DNA of 64,000 bases, taken from Paraspadella gotoi. Its lineage: Eukaryota; Animalia; Chaetognatha. The stretch's first letter is position 1; each line of letters opens with the position of its first letter. The stretch lies in NCBI GenBank assembly GCA_051294375.1, contig CM119264.1, positions 1,641,662 through 1,705,661 of the forward strand, read 5' to 3'. A program made the position numbers and the translations under genes. Below the pieces are notes generated by a model. That model saw nothing but the letters and a program-made list of their open reading frames with translations. It made no database searches and was not told where the DNA came from. Positions 40,274-51,603 of this stretch are shown here, one piece after another.

Positions 40274-42445
40274 GAGAGGAGAGAGAGAGAGAGAGAGAAA
40301 GAAATACATTAAGAAAAAAAGTTCGGAACAAAAGGTCGCGAGTTCGACTCTCAGTTTTGTAAAAGTCAAAGATGACGACGACTACACCAACGACGACGTT
40401 AACGGACGAACGTACGTTACGAGAGACGACCTGTCTCTTCCGGCGAAACCTCAGTAATTGATGGAGAGCGGGAGTCAAAACAGTGAAATTCACAGGTGGT
40501 ATACAGCGTAGCGTTGGCGAGGCGAAGCATGGCGCAGCGTGATGTGGCTCGGAATTCCCGCGTAGCAGAAGGTTATCTCTGTCGTAAACTTTTATTTTCT
40601 TTTACATTATAGTAAAAGTTAAACATGCTGCGTATACAGTATATTAATTAAATTTAAATGCACAAATTTAAAAAGTTAATTTTAAAATATAACAGCGACG
40701 ATAAAGTCATCACGAATTCGCGGTTTACTGTAATATGCAAAGGAGATTATGAACACCTGATTTTTTTATGCGCAAAAAAAAGAGACCGAAAACGTTTTCT
40801 CTTTTCACCGGATATTTTTTTTCTTCTTTTTTTTGGTGTTTCTCGTAAATTCTATTGCGATGAAAGCAGACGACGACGACGACGACGACGACGACGACAA
40901 CGACGACGACAACATTTATGACGACGTCAATGACAATGATATTGATGATATTGAAGACGATGAGAACCGAAATCATCCATTATCTATTATGATCTCGCAT
41001 ATTTTGTCACGATGACAATGACGATGAGAGTCATGACCGGAGTTGCCATAGCAACGGCGTTGGTGACTCGACACTCGTAAATTTAACAAAAGAGTCACAA
41101 ACGTCACGAGTTTCAGGAGTTAGTTTCTCATTGGGCAAAAAAAAAGATACTATTATTTTGTTTCCGCACTTTATACTTTCTACCTTCCTCTTTCCTCCCT
41201 TTCTTTCTCTTCTTTCCTCCCTTTCTTTGTCTTTCCTCCCTTTCTTTCACTTCTTTCCTCCCTTTCTTTTTCTTTCCTCCCTTTCTTTCTCTTCTTTCCT
41301 CCCCTTCTTTTTCTTTCCTCCCTTTCTTCTTCTTTCCTCCCATCCTTTTTCTTCTTTCCTCCCTTTCTTTCTCTTCTTTCCTCCCTTTCTTTTTCATTCC
41401 TCCCTTTCTTTCTCTTCTTTCCTCCCTTTCTTTTTCTTTTCTCCCTTCCTCCTTCCTTTTTCCTTCTTACCTCCTTTTCTTCCTTCATTCCTACACCTTG
41501 TTTCCTCCCCTTTTTCTTCTTTCTTCCCTTCCTCCCTCTTTCCTCCCTTCCTCCCTCTTTCCTCCCATCCTCCTCCTTCTCCCACTTTAGCCTCAAGGAT
41601 CCATAGAAATAATGCAAACGGCGACCAGACGAGGCACAATGTGGTTGAGGAGGAAAGGGAGGAAAGGGGAGAAGGAGAAAGTGATAGGAGGGGATAGAAG
41701 AGATGGGGAGGAAAGAGAGGAGAGGGGAGAAGGAGGAAGTGAGAGGAGGGGATAGAAGAGATGGGGAGGAAAGGGAGGAGAGGGGAGAAGGAGGAAGTGA
41801 GAGGAGGGGATAGAGGAGAAGGGGAGGAAAAAGAGGAGAGGGGAGGAAGAGGAAAGGAGAGGAGGGGATAGAGGAGATGGGGAGGAAAGGGAGGAAAGGG
41901 AGGAGAGGGGAGGAGGAAAGGAAAGAGAGAGAGAGAGAGAGAAAAAAAAATAGGGAGAAAATGTGGAGAGAGATCGGGAGAAAGAGAAAGAGATATATAA
42001 AGAAAAAGCAAAGGAGAGAGAAAAGGAGAAGGATAAAACACACAGACGCAAAAACAGACACATCTGTAATGATGCAGCTGGATGAAAGGACAGACCGACC
42101 ATTTTCACAAACAAAAGACCCAAAGGAATTAGAATTTTCGATGCAAAGCGAAAGAAAATTAGAAATGATTGGAAATATATGTGCGCGACAAAAGACAATC
42201 TCGGTGGGAGAACGAAAAGAAAAAAAGAAAGAAAGAAAGAAAGAAGGCAACGGGAGATGGCACTATGCGGGAGAATGGCAACGGGGGAAGGCACTCTGCT
42301 GAAGTTGGAGGGAATGGCAACGTGAGGTGACACTCTGCGTGAGATGGCAGGAAATAGCAACTCTCTCTGTGTGAGATGGAACGGACGGCAGCTTTCGAGG
42401 GCAAATGTAAGGGTTGACCAATTCGGACGCATTTTTTGGGGAAGA

Positions 42446-42753
42446 GGCACTATTTTTCTAGAGTGCCCCTAATCCTGAATAAAATAAGATAACATAGAGG
42501 CCTTAAACCACCAAAGCCAGCAAAGCCTGTCCAAAGTCAGGGGCAAGATAGCTTTTTTTATTAAATATATAATTTGATATTTGTTGTACCAATTTAATTG
42601 AACAAAAGCCACTTAACCTTTAATTGTGTCCGTAACCTTTCCCTAAACTATAATCCCTCGACTAATTCATATTCTTAATCCCTCGACTAATTCATATTTA
42701 TAATCCCTCGACTAAAAATGAATCCCAGAGCGGAGATTATGAAAAATAGAGCC
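42446..42753. mobile_element. Putative MITE (TIR GGCWCTATTTTTC) with a nested repeat fragment
   Basis: ggcactatttttc ... gaaaaatagagcc; CCCTAA-like interior. Confidence 0.5.
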
Positions 42754-42949
42754 GATTTTTTTATCATGAAATGTATATAAGCCGATGAAAAAAATGTTTT
42801 AAGTAACACGAAAAAAAAATGATACTTTTTGAAATTTTCATTTTTCAAGTAGCATTAAAAGTACATAAATTGAAATGAAAAATGATAAGAGAAAAAAAAT
42901 GGAAATCCGATATAAAAAGTGAATCCGAGGAGAAAGGAAAAGAGGACGA

Positions 42950-42990
<41 letters not shown>

Positions 42991-45075
42991 CGACGCGACG
43001 ACGACGAACGACGACGAGACGACGACGATGACGACGACGAATGACGAACGACGACGACGACAACAATTATAATCAAGCGATGAAAGGAAAGACGATTAAA
43101 GCAACAAGGACGAAATTAACGATTATTAGGAAAAATACTAAAAAGGAAATCCAGGGAAAAAAAATAATGGGGAACCATTAATTTAATAGCGATACTCTTT
43201 AAGGGGAAATGGGGACCGGAGGTATAAAAGAGACGGACAGACGGACCGACGGACAGACGGACAGACAGACTGACGGACTAAGGAGAGGAAGTTGTTATGA
43301 GATATAAACAAAAAGAATTTGCATTAAAGATTAAAGGTTTATGGACAACAACCAAAATACAATAATATTTAATAGAATGAAGAGAGAAGATGTTTGATCT
43401 TGCGCAATGATTTATTAACAAAATGGTCAGGGTTACGTTTCAAAAAAATGATTATCTTATTTTCGGTCCCGGCTCAAGCAGGATATTTGGTATAACAAAA
43501 ATGATTTTTTTTCAAAATTAATATGGTAAGCATTGGAATAAAAAATGTTTTCTAATTAGATATTAAACATCATTCTTGTTAAGAAGTTATTTATTAAAAA
43601 TTTAAAAATGTGTCTATTTAAAGACAAAGACTTAGAATAGAATAGAATAGAATCTGGAAATTATGATAATAATAATAAGAATGAATAACATCGGAGATAA
43701 TGATAAGGATATTGTAGATTTAAAATAGCAAAAGTCTGTTAGTCAATAAGAACGACGACGACGACAACGACNNNNNNNNNNACGACGACGACGACGATGA
43801 AAATTTTTTATTTAAAAAATAAGTAAATTTGAGTTGAGAGATCAAAGGTGCCGCGTTCATCATTTTTAGTTTTTCTCTTTTCTTTCTTTTTACTCGACTT
43901 TTGCTATTTCTTGCTTTTTTTCTCTTAATATTTCTTATTCTATTTCTTATTCTATTTATTCTATTCCTTCTTCATTTTCTCCTCCGATTTCTTATTTTAT
44001 TCCTTTTTCTTTTTATTCTATTTATTTTCTATTTTTACTTCTATTTCTTATTCTATTTATTCTGTTTCTTTCATATTCCTTCTTCTATTTCTTATTATAT
44101 TTACTCTATTCTTTCTTCATTTTATCCTCCCATTTATTATTTTATTTCTTTTCTATTTATTCTATTTCTTTCATATTTCCATTTCTCCTTCTATCTCTTC
44201 TCCTCTTTTTCTTTCTTCGTCTTCATTTTTACTTTTTCTCTTTGCTGGTATTTCTTTATCCTTTTCCTCTCCTTTTACCTCTTTATTTCTTTGGTCTCCT
44301 TCTTCCTCTTTCTTCTCTTGTCTCCTTCTTTACTTCTCCTTCTTCCGTCCACATTTTCAATCTTTCTCACGTTTCTGGATGCAAAGACTTCACAACCTTC
44401 TCTCACCTCACAAAATTGATTTTCCTACGTGATTCACATCGCACGCAATAGATAATCTCTTTTTCACTATTTCTCTTTCTCTCTCTTTCTCTCTCTTCCT
44501 CTCTCTCTCCTCCTTTCTCTCTCCTTCCCTTCCCTTCTCTCTCTCTCTCTCTCTCTCCCTCTCTCCCTCTCTTTTCCTCATTTCCTTCCTAATTGCCCAT
44601 TAAACCGCAACTAAATTCCTGACTTGCGAACTCTTTCACTCTTTTGGGACCAAAGCTTTTCTTTCAATCTGACCAGCCTTTCTCTTTTTTAGTCGGATCC
44701 CGACTCTATAATTTACTTTGTCGGTCTGTCGGTCCGTCGGTCCGCCCCCTCAATCTTGTTGGGCATTAACTTATTTCATGTCAGAACGTCCGTCCGTCTG
44801 TCCGTTCGTCCATCCGTCCATCCGTCCTGTTTCACTAAATTAACTTGAATTAATTAATTATTAATTAAATAATTATTAAATATTTAATTACCGATAATGA
44901 TCGTGGGCTGATCCGACATTGATTGCTCAGACTAGTTTTTCTTTTCTCTGACCGAAACGAGGTTTTCAAAGATTCGACTTTTTTTCTTTTTTTCTTTTTT
45001 TTTTTTTTTTGTTAACCTTTCTTTTTTCAAGTAAATAATTATGTATATACTCTCTTTTCGTTGTTTTTTGAGGTA

Positions 45076-45178
45076 TTAGGACAAAAACAGTTTTTATTTA
45101 ACAACGATTTAATTAACACAATTTAGACTAAATTGTGTCAATTAAATCGTTGTTAAATAAAAACTGTTTTTGTCCTAA
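45076..45178. repeat. Near-perfect 103-bp palindrome (51-bp arms, 1-nt centre)
   Basis: Arms 45076-45126 and 45128-45178 are reverse complements with one mismatch. Confidence 0.92.
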
Positions 45179-45454
45179 GTAAATAATTTTAATTTGTAAA
45201 TTTATTAACTTTATAATGACTGTCGTGTTTTATTCAAAACTCGATTTGAACAGTTTGTGTAATTAAAATATTTTAATTTGATAATAATAATTTTTTATTT
45301 GACAATATGTATTTAGTGTATAGTATACACTGTATACTTATCTCCCATTTCGATTTTCGACCCATGGCCTCGATCACCATATATGGACCGACCAGCTGAC
45401 CACAACCCCGACCACAACCCTAACCCCTTACTTCCTTTCCCTCAGTTAACTTAC

Positions 45455-45571
45455 CCAAGATCTTGAAGCCCCATCCGTAGGAATATTTGAAGGGAAACTC
45501 ATCGTCTCTCTTTTTGGGTCGATGTCCAACTTCGTCGTTGATGGCGGAAATGTAGAAGATCATTCCAAGTC
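45455..45571 (-). CDS. CACNG: Stargazin/TARP-like gene, TM3-ECL2 exon
   Basis: cag|GA..G|GTAAGT, 117 nt, phase 1-1; GLGMIFYISAINDEVGHRPKKRDDEFPFKYSYGWGFKIL with the YISA and YSYGW hallmarks of CACNG/TARP. Confidence 0.92.
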
Positions 45572-46977
45572 CTGGGTTATGAAAGGGGAGAGGGTCCTTT
45601 AGAAAGAAAGAAAGGTAGAAAGAAAGATAGAAAAAAAGATAGAAAGAAGATTCTTCCAAGTCCTGGGTTATGAAAGGGGAGAGGATCCTTTAGAAAGAAA
45701 GAAAGGTATAAAAAAGATAGAAGATTCTTCCAAGTCCTGGGTTATGAAAGGGGGAGAAAAGAAAGATAGAAAGAAAGGTAGAAAAAAGATAGAAAGAAAG
45801 AAGATCATTCCAAGTTTGTCGTTTCTTCTTGGGTTCGAAACTCAGTTTATTCGATTTCATGTGGCTTATATCCGATTGATATTGCATCAAGATATGGTCA
45901 GCGTCAAGAATTCATTAGTTTTATCGGTCACATGACCAAAAAAGTTATACTATTGATCAGTGAATTTTTTTTGTCAACCCGCGTCTAAGCGAATCAGGAG
46001 TTAATTGAGTTTTAGGGTTATATACTAACAAGCTAAAAGAGTACATTTCTTTGCCTCTTAATGTAAGTTTCTATTATTGTATTATCTAGGACTCTTTCAT
46101 TCACCGACGACTAAGCGTCGGTACAAATATAGGGCATATTTCGAAAGCGTAGCGTCTTGGGTTTTAATTTTGCATGAAGAAACTAATATTCGGAATTCTC
46201 TATCGTAACGGTGACCGTTATTTTTTGTTGAAACAATTTTCCTAAAAAATCTTCAACTTTCGCTGCTCGAAAATGATAAAGCAACAGAAAGTTTACGTTA
46301 GGTTTTTTTAGAAATGATAAAATATCTGACAGATTTTAAAACACGATTTTAAAATAGTAGTTAGTGGCACGATTTTACTTGGAGCAAATATCAGGGTCGA
46401 ACGACCTTTCAAAGTATATAAATTTGAAATACTACAATATGCAAATGAGATTAAAATATACTAATGTTTCGATAAGTCTCAAAAAGTATTTTATTAATTA
46501 ATACCGTTTTATAGAGTCAGTGCAGATTTTCATTTTATTGATCCGTCTTTCTCTATCGATTATCTCTGCGTCAGTAGAGTTGATGAGCTGACAAAAAAAT
46601 ATTTGCAAATGTATTACATCGGTGAAAAAGAATAATTTAAATTCGAAGCTTATAAATGGGCACAACTAACTTATCACAAGAAATAAATATCTGAAACAAG
46701 AATAATTTAAAATTACGCGTAAGTAACAATAATGATACGGTAACATACAAACTTTATTATTGTCACCTTGACAGTTCTCAAATTCAAATATAGCAACTTT
46801 GTAAAAAATGAAAATATATTCAATTTCAATTTTACATAATTTCGGACTCATTTTCCATTTATCATACAATCGCCATTTCACAAAATCCGTTTTTCGTCAT
46901 TCACAAACCGAGGCTGTGAACTTTGTCACTCCTTTCATCGCATTCACTTCCGCTTTTTCACTGCGACGGAAACGACG

Positions 46978-47082
46978 AAGGAACGAGGCGAAGAAGACGA
47001 CAGACGATCCTTTGCCTCGTTCTGGATTCGAAGGAACGAGGCGAAGCAGACGACAGACGATCCTTTGCCTCGTTCTGGATTC
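46978..47082. repeat. Tandem duplication of about 52 bp
   Basis: GAAGGAACGAGGCGAAGMAGACGACAGACGATCCTTTGCCTCGTTCTGGATTCG twice. Confidence 0.85.
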
Positions 47083-48758
47083 GCTGACGGAGAGAGACTT
47101 GGAGTGCCTCGTCCCAGATTTGCAAGTTGGCCAGACAACCGTGAAACTCGACGCCGTTCAAATTGGCCTGCGATCGATGAAAATATGAAAAAGAACAGAG
47201 AATTCAAAAAAATAAATTCAAAAAATAATAATAATAATAATAATAGTATGAAATCCGGGTTTTGAAAGTTATAAGTATTAAATTTGAGACGTTATCTTTA
47301 AAAACTAATATGTACAATAAATATAAAATAATAAATAATGAAAAAGAATTTGGAATACACAAAACAAGAAAGTTAACTATTCCAAATAAAAATTAAAACT
47401 TTACATTTAGCAACTTGAAATTTCTAACATGAATATATATAAGTTAAGTATAAAATACAGTCTTTCACAAAGTTTAAATCTCCAATAAAACCTGACATTT
47501 GTCGACTTAAAATTTTTCATTTTTTCTCGTCTGAGAGGAGAAATTTAAATTCGTTGTTGTTGTTTTCCATTTTTCGTTGATCAAGTTTGAAGTGAAATTC
47601 TCGCTCAAAACCAACACAATCTCCGTTGAGATTTACGCTGAATTTATTTGATAAATAGTAGTATTTTTGGATCATTTTATGAATTCTATGCTTAACTTTA
47701 AATAAGCCACCTCTCTCATCTAAGTTGTTTTAACTAAGTATACTTTTAAAATCATTACCTGGAAACAATGATAGTTACTATCTACTTCACCATTTCATCT
47801 TTTTTTCAAAATTTAAAAGTCACAACTTCTATTGTCTAAATTCATCCCAATATATCAAAACTTCTTTAACAAAGTTTGGAATTGTTTTCGTCAACGATTT
47901 TTTATTAGTATACGGACATGTTTCGACTCTTCATTTCGAGTCTTCATCAGCCGAAAGGATTAACACAATCAAAACTTCTATAAACTTCTAAACCTAAAAA
48001 ATTCTCAACTTCATTTTCCAATTTTCTGACAAAATTTCTCATTGTGTATTTTTTTTTTCGTTTTGAAATTGTTTTCGTTTTTATGTTTAAAAATTCTTTG
48101 TTGTATATAAACAATAATTATAATGAAATTTTCTTGCTTCAAACAAAATATCTCTCTGATCATTTTTCAACCCACTTGGTTCCATTGAGTAGTTGATTGG
48201 TTACATTGATCCTTTTTCAACCCACCAGGTATTAGATACCAAGATAGAGGCTCACCCTACTGCCAGAACCTTTCTCTCCCCCGGGCCTTCTCTTCCCCCT
48301 CTCAACGCCTCCTCCTCTTACTCCCCTCGACGTCCCCTCCTCTTCATCCCTGGAGTCACGGATAGAGTCTTGGAGATCGAGATCACTCCCTTCTCCTCTC
48401 GGTCTCGGGATCTGCAAACCTTCCCTCTCCCTTCTCCCCCCTTTATGTACCCTTGATACCCTTTGTTATACCCGTTTTCCTATCACCATTACATATTTAC
48501 CTTACTTAAGCTATTTTACCTGATGAGAGACTAGTCAGAACCTACCTTTAGCTAGATACCCATCTTCCCAGGATACTTAAATGCATTATTATATCAATTA
48601 CGCGAAATATAAGCATAAGTGAAGGAGACGATAAAAAAAATTATTTATGCTAGACTTGCTCCACTAGTACGTAATCGAAGCGCAACTAAAAATCCGTAGT
48701 TAAAATGATTTTTTTACTCTTGATTGGTCGAGGAGGAACCGGCATTGACCAATCAGCT

Positions 48759-48943
48759 TGTAGAATAAATAGAACCGTAAAAATAACTCTTACCTTCGAT
48801 CCTCCTCACTAGATATAAATAGACCTTGCTTTTCCTTAGTTTCGGTAGAATTGATCTGGACTCCTGTGTGTGACTCACCGTCACCTTATTTATCTCAGAA
48901 TAAATCCACTTGATTTCGTACTAGAAATCCATGTGTTTTTCCA
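48759..48943 (+). mobile_element. Putative LTR (Pol II type) preceding a tRNA-Leu PBS
   Basis: TG...CA, TATAAA at 48814, AATAAA at 48899, followed 6 nt later by TGGTGGCAGCGG; the 5' boundary is uncertain. Confidence 0.45.
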
Positions 48944-48949
48944 TAAATG

Positions 48950-48990
48950 TGGTGGCAGCGGTGTGATTCGAACCCACGCCTCCGAAGAGA
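48950..48990 (-). pseudogene. 3' half of tRNA-Leu including CCA (tRNA fragment / extended primer-binding site)
   Basis: Reverse complement TCTCTTCGGAGGCGTGGGTTCGAATCACACCGCTGCCACCA is variable arm, T arm, acceptor strand and CCA of metazoan tRNA-Leu(AAG/TAG type); no 5' half present. Confidence 0.88.
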
Positions 48991-49497
48991 ATGACGTCAA
49001 TATTGTAAATCTCAAGTTGAATGAATTGAATAAAGAGTAAACATAAAGAAAACGCATTAAATTGAGTCAGGTGACCCGAGGTCTACGCCAATGTCAGCGT
49101 CAAGCCTACGCCACGCATTTCCGGTCTAACGTCAAGAATCCTAACTTCATGGTCGACTCCCAAGTTTCACGGAGATCTCGAAGGCGCCTCTCTTTCACGC
49201 TCAACTCTCTCGTCAATCTCTCAAGACGTTGGATGGCGCTGCGTCAATTTAAGTTGTTCCAACGCCAAAATATATAACAAAAACATTATAAATAAAACGT
49301 TGAATTCTATAATTAAAGGTGAAAAATACAATACGGGAATACAATTTTCATAGTAAATTAAAGTTACATATCCAAAAGCTAAAAAAGTCGGAGACAGTGG
49401 GAGAGAGCGAATGAAAAAAAAAACAAAGCGAGAGAGAAAGAAAGAGAAGAGAAAAAGAGAAAAAGAAAAAAGTTAAAAATCAGCAAACTGTTTATAT

Positions 49498-49821
49498 TTA
49501 ATCTTCGTCATCTTCTGTAATGCACTGTGCCTCGTTGTCAATCCCTTTTGCTCCGTTTTGAAGTAAGAATCCTGTGCTATCAAAATTCACTGTGGGTTTC
49601 GAGACTTTCTCGAAATCATCGATAAGAAAAAGTCTTCGCCTTTCTTCGGAATCAGAATCAGAATCAGAATAAAAATCAGAATCAGAATCAGATCCAGAGG
49701 CCAAGCGAGAAGTGATTTCTTTCGCCACGTCCTCACACTTGGATTTGGAAAATCGATTGGCCCAATACTGGAGACAGGCGATCCGACCTGTGAATCCAGA
49801 CCATCCAAAAATGTGGAGAGT
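49498..49821 (-). CDS. Nested pentraxin/LamG-like gene, exon 7 (last)
   Basis: cag| phase 0, 324 nt; TLHIFGWSGFTGRIACLQYWANRFSKSKCEDVA (F.G.I.....W pentraxin/LamG motif), SD repeat, acidic end, TAA. Confidence 0.8.
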   Translation of the reverse strand, partial: TLHIFGWSGFTGRIACLQYWANRFSKSKCEDVAKEITSRLASGSDSDSDFYSDSDSDSEERRRLFLIDDFEKVSKPTVNFDSTGFLLQNGAKGIDNEAQCITEDDED

Positions 49822-50564
49822 CTGTGAATTTTAAATGAACAAAGAAATTTTAAGAAATTGCTGTCTTTATTGGGAATTCACTATTCACTAAGTAGTTTTG
49901 TTTGTGCCTCTGTAGTTTCGATCACGTTAGCTGANNNNNNNNNNNNNNNNNNNNNNNNNNNNNNNNNNNNNNNNNNNNNNNNNNNNNNNNNNNNNNNNNN
50001 NNNNNNNNNNNNNNNNNNNNNNNNNNNNNNNNNNNNNNNNNNNNNNNNNNNNNNNNNNNNNNNNNNNNNNNNNNNNNNNNNNNNNNNNNNNNNNNNNNNN
50101 NNNNNNNNNNNNNNNNNNNNNNNNNNNNNNNNNNNNNNNNNNNNNNNNNNNNNNNNNNNNNNNNNNNNNNNNNNNNNNNNNNNNNNNNNNNNNNNNNNNN
50201 NNNNNNNNNNNNNNNNNNNNNNNNNNNNNNNNNNNNNNNNNNNNNNNNNNNNNNNNNNNNNNNNNNNNNNNNNNNNNNNNNNNNNNNNNNNNNNNNNNNN
50301 NNNNNNNNNNNNNNNNNNNNNNNNNNNNNNNNNNNNNNNNNNNNNNNNNNNNNNNNNNNNNNNNNNNNNNNNNNNNNNNNNNNNNNNNNNNNCGACCGTC
50401 AAAACAAGTTTCTTTACCAAAAGGTTTTTCATAAAAATATTTTCGTAAGACACATAAATAGTAGTACTTGTCTTTATTATCTAAATTTACAATTAGGTAA
50501 CTATTAAATCAGCATATTAAATAATTTAATTTATTAATATTTTTATATATTTATCAAACACTTA

Positions 50565-50768
50565 TGGTGGACTAAAATCCACCAACCGTTCATCAGCGGC
50601 CATTAGTGCCGGAGGCAAGTCATTCGCCTCCCAACCCAAAGGTCCGGGGTTCTAGCCCGGTGGCCGCCTAGCAGTTAAGAGGGACGGGGTGCTTAACCCG
50701 CCTGTAACACGGTGTTACAGCCTGATCCGAAGCTCAGGGACTGCTTACATTGAAAGGTTCTGTCACTA
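50565..50768 (+). mobile_element. tRNA-containing LTR-like or SINE-like element (second family)
   Basis: Starts TGGTGG, ends CTGTCACTA; tRNA-like unit 50596-50667 (GCGGCCA..TGGCCGC stem, A box, GGTTCTAGCCC B box); core shared with 59371 and with the TRIM LTR. Confidence 0.75.
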
Positions 50769-50845
50769 ACATTAAACAATAATTACTGTCTCTTCACACT
50801 TTATTGTTTCCCAGATTCTGGCCACATTTTAATCTCTCTTTTTAC

Positions 50846-50971
50846 CTGACATTGTCCAATCATAATGGGTCCTTGATCTGTGAACGTTCTGGACGAGTTC
50901 AATCCCCGCAGTTCAACTTCCCCATTCACAATAACCGAAACCGTTTTCTCATGTTTCCAAACAACAATAAT
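50846..50971 (-). CDS. Nested pentraxin/LamG-like gene, exon 6
   Basis: cag|..CAG|GTAAAA, 126 nt, phase 0-0; IIVVWKHEKTVSVIVNGEVELRGLNSSRTFTDQGPIMIGQCQ (W....v.vNG....G.I.IGQ.Q). Confidence 0.85.
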
Positions 50972-51070
50972 CTGTTTACGATTTAGTTTATAATGAATTA
51001 ATACTGATTAGTAATATTTCAAAGTTGTTTAAAGCTATTCTTTTACCCCTTCAAAAAAAAAACAACTCAC

Positions 51071-51229
51071 ATGATTCCATTCAGATAAGTTGAGTTTTTT
51101 GTCGAACTCTATTAGATCATTATCAGCCATAAAAATAAGTTTTCCATTGAATGTCATTCCAAACCAATATTCCACTGTGGTTTCTTCTCCGCCTGGAACT
51201 CTGACCGATCGTGTTGTAGAGATCAAACA
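51071..51229 (-). CDS. Nested pentraxin/LamG-like gene, exon 5
   Basis: cag|..CAT|GTGAGT, 159 nt, phase 0-0; CLISTTRSVRVPGGEETTVEYWFGMTFNGKLIFMADNDLIEFDKKLNLSEWNH (W.H motif). Confidence 0.82.
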
Positions 51230-51603
51230 CTGTGCAATGCGGCAAGAATGAATATACTCTTATAAGTCACTTTTTGGTCTTTGTGTCTGTTTTGTTAGTC
51301 AGTGGTAAAAAAAGGGTAACAGAAGCTGAACGCGAGAGGGACGGTGAGAGAGAAAAGAGAAAAAGCGTGAATGAAAAACCTAAACGCTGGACTCGAGCCT
51401 GGATCTCCGGGAGGAAGGGGAAGAGGATGAGAGAGAAATGATGAGGAAACGGTGCATGCTGGCCAAACCTATCGGTTCTTTCTGATACAATATTATACAA
51501 TATACATATCATTGAGAGATGTAGGTTAAAGCCTATTTCTGCCACAGTCTCGTTTATTCACATCCCAGAGTACCTGGCTTCCCTATCAATGAAGTGAAAT
51601 AAT

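Noticed and set aside
41131-42450. Overlapping ORFs of 188-356 aa
   Set aside because: Derived from CT/GA-rich degenerate tandem repeats
48950-48990. Functional tRNA-Leu gene
   Set aside because: The 5' half (acceptor 5' strand, D arm, anticodon) is absent and the T stem has a mismatch
50596-50667. Functional tRNA genes at 50.6, 51.7, 52.1 and 59.4 kb
   Set aside because: Cloverleafs are incomplete, there is no downstream T-run terminator, and each is embedded in repeated flanking sequence
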